Shown piece by piece: positions 41,977 through 43,409 of a DNA stretch of 43,409 bases; position 1 is the first letter of the stretch; every line of letters begins with the position of its first letter. Made by a program: the position numbers and the translations under genes. The stretch is taken from assembly GCA_947587115.1 (NCBI GenBank), contig CANPXY010000002.1, positions 1 through 43,409 of the forward strand. Reading direction: 5' to 3'. The DNA comes from an uncultured Bacilli bacterium. Its GTDB lineage: Bacteria; Bacillota_I; Bacilli_A; RF39; UBA660. Under the pieces are notes generated by a model that saw only the letters and a program-made list of their open reading frames with translations, made no database searches and was not told where the DNA came from.

Positions 41977-43409
41977 ATATCGGAACCATTATTGTGGACT
42001 TTTAAGTGAACAAGAGGTTGGAAGTACCGTCAAGGTGGCAGGTTGGGTCGAAAACATTCGTGACCACGGGGGACTGATCTTTGTCGATGTGCGTGATCAG
42101 TATGGAACGATTCAGGTTGTAAGTGATGATGATCACATGTTCGACGATATTACAAGAGAGTCCAGTGTAGTGCTAGAAGGTCTTCTTCGCAAACGAAGTG
42201 AAGACGACTACAATCCGCGTATTAAAACGGGGACGATCGAAATTTTAGCGCAGTCGATTCAAGTGTTGGGTAAGAGCAAAAATGTTCTTCCATTTGAAGT
42301 GATCACATCGCACGAAGTAGGAGAAGAAGTTCGTTTGAAATATCGTTATCTCGATCTTCGCAATCCTAAGGTCAAAGAGAATATCATCTTCCGTACGGAA
42401 GTGATTGATTTCTTGCGCAAGACCATGAAAGAGATGAATTTTTTAGAAATTCAGACTCCGATTTTGACGGCTTCTAGTCCAGAAGGAGCCCGTGACTTCT
42501 TAGTTCCATCGCGAAAATTTCATGGAAAATTTTATGCCTTACCACAAGCACCACAACAATTTAAACAGCTTTTGATGTGCTCTGGATTTGATCGCTATTT
42601 TCAAATCGCCCCATGTTTTCGTGATGAAGACGCTCGAAGCGATCGTGTCTATGGGGAATTTTATCAATTAGATTTAGAAATGAGTTTTGCGGAAGAAGAA
42701 GATGTGTTGGAAGTAGGAGAAAAAATCTTCTATGAAACTTTCAAAAAATTTTCTAAGAAAAGTATCTCTTCTTTGCCATTTCGCCGTCTAACCTATAAGG
42801 AAGCCATGGCTACTTATGGTACAGATAAGCCAGATTTGCGCAATCCACTAGTGATTATCGATTTGACCGAGGAATTTGAAGATACCGAATTTAAACCTTT
42901 CCGTGGGGTTGCTGTCCGCGGAATCAAAGTCGATGATTTGGCAAGTAAATCCAACTCTTGGTTTAATGAAGTGGTCGATTTTGCTAAGACGATCGGCATG
43001 CCAGGAATTGGCTATATTACCGTTCAGGAAGATGGCTCATTTAAGGGTCCCATCGATAAGTTTTTAAGTGATGATGAAAAGGAACAGTTGACTCAAAAAG
43101 CAGAGTTAAAACCAGGCAGTGTCTTATTTTTCATTGCGGATCGTAAACATGCTTCCGAGTTGGCAGGACAGATTCGAAGTGAACTAGGTCGTAAATTGGG
43201 ATTACTTGATGAAGATCGTTTTGAATTCTGTATTGTCCATGATTTTCCAATGTATGAGTGGAACGAAGAAGAAGAGAAATGGGACTTTATGCACAATCCA
43301 TTCTCTATGCCTAAAGGCGGAATCGATGCTTTTAAGACGGATAAGATCGAGGATATTACTGCTTATCAATTTGACTTTGTATGTAATGGCGTGGAAATGG
43401 CTAGTGGAG
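41963..43409 (+). CDS. aspS: aspartate--tRNA ligase (bacterial type), 3'-truncated by the window edge
   Basis: Absent from the ORF track because it has no stop codon in the window. ATG 41963 overlaps gatB by 14 nt. MKENKYRNHYCGLLSEQEVGSTVKVAGWVENIRDHGGLIFVDVRDQYG, and class II motif 2 FQIAPCFRDEDARSDRVYGEFYQLDLEMSF checked in frame. Confidence 0.9.
   Translation, partial: MKENKYRNHYCGLLSEQEVGSTVKVAGWVENIRDHGGLIFVDVRDQYGTIQVVSDDDHMFDDITRESSVVLEGLLRKRSEDDYNPRIKTGTIEILAQSIQVLGKSKNVLPFEVITSHEVGEEVRLKYRYLDLRNPKVKENIIFRTEVIDFLRKTMKEMNFLEIQTPILTASSPEGARDFLVPSRKFHGKFYALPQAPQQFKQLLMCSGFDRYFQIAPCFRDEDARSDRVYGEFYQLDLEMSFAEEEDVLEVGEKIFYETFKKFSKKSISSLPFRRLTYKEAMATYGTDKPDLRNPLVIIDLTEEFEDTEFKPFRGVAVRGIKVDDLASKSNSWFNEVVDFAKTIGMPGIGYITVQEDGSFKGPIDKFLSDDEKEQLTQKAELKPGSVLFFIADRKHASELAGQIRSELGRKLGLLDEDRFEFCIVHDFPMYEWNEEEEKWDFMHNPFSMPKGGIDAFKTDKIEDITAYQFDFVCNGVEMASG

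Noticed and set aside
42814-43296. Short ORFs 42814..42999 (-), 42876..43067 (+) and 43093..43296 (-)
   Set aside because: They lie inside the in-frame aspS coding sequence, which carries clear class II synthetase motifs. They are frame shadows.
1-43409. CRISPR arrays, tRNA, rRNA or tmRNA genes
   Set aside because: All intergenic spacers are short (under 320 nt) and are accounted for by promoters, terminators, the T-box leader or the 4366..4512 remnant. No regularly spaced repeats or cloverleaf-like segments were noticed.

Overview
Low-GC Firmicutes-type chromosomal window that uses the standard genetic code. All family calls come from reading motifs by eye; no searches or computations were run.

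Left edge: one end of an IS3-family element (1..401, minus strand). Beside it is a visibly AT-richer three-gene surface-protein module (526..4340) that includes a membrane-anchored clostripain-like C11 peptidase.

Housekeeping block (4630..8872): a U32 peptidase, two thioredoxin-fold proteins and trmL.

Centre (8965..33644): 22 co-directional, almost gap-free genes. This is the part worth attention. It joins three things:
- Surface and secretion genes: a polytopic membrane protein, an Ig/DUF5011-like surface protein, a class B sortase and a secreted protein with about 27 Cys.
- A Tad-type (type IVc) pilus module: CpaB-like, CpaF/TadA ATPase, TadB-like, TadC-like, an Flp-sized pilin candidate, TadE-like, and TadZ-like with a degenerate P-loop.
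- A Gram-positive-type type IV secretion module: two VirB2-like proteins, VirB6-like, VirB3/PrgI-like, a VirB4 split into two ORFs, an M23+GH24 wall hydrolase, two small TM-anchored proteins, and a VirD4-type coupling protein with a Pro-rich linker and an acidic-aromatic tail.

No relaxase, integrase, replication gene or prepilin peptidase is visible, and both flanks are housekeeping.

Right side: a rhodanese, a paralogue of one locus surface protein, a DedA/TVP38 protein, rmuC, a YjdF-like protein and two small genes. These are followed by a textbook T-box leader (specifier most likely AAC, Asn) controlling gatC-gatA-gatB-aspS; aspS runs off the window.

No rRNA, tRNA or CRISPR array was seen.
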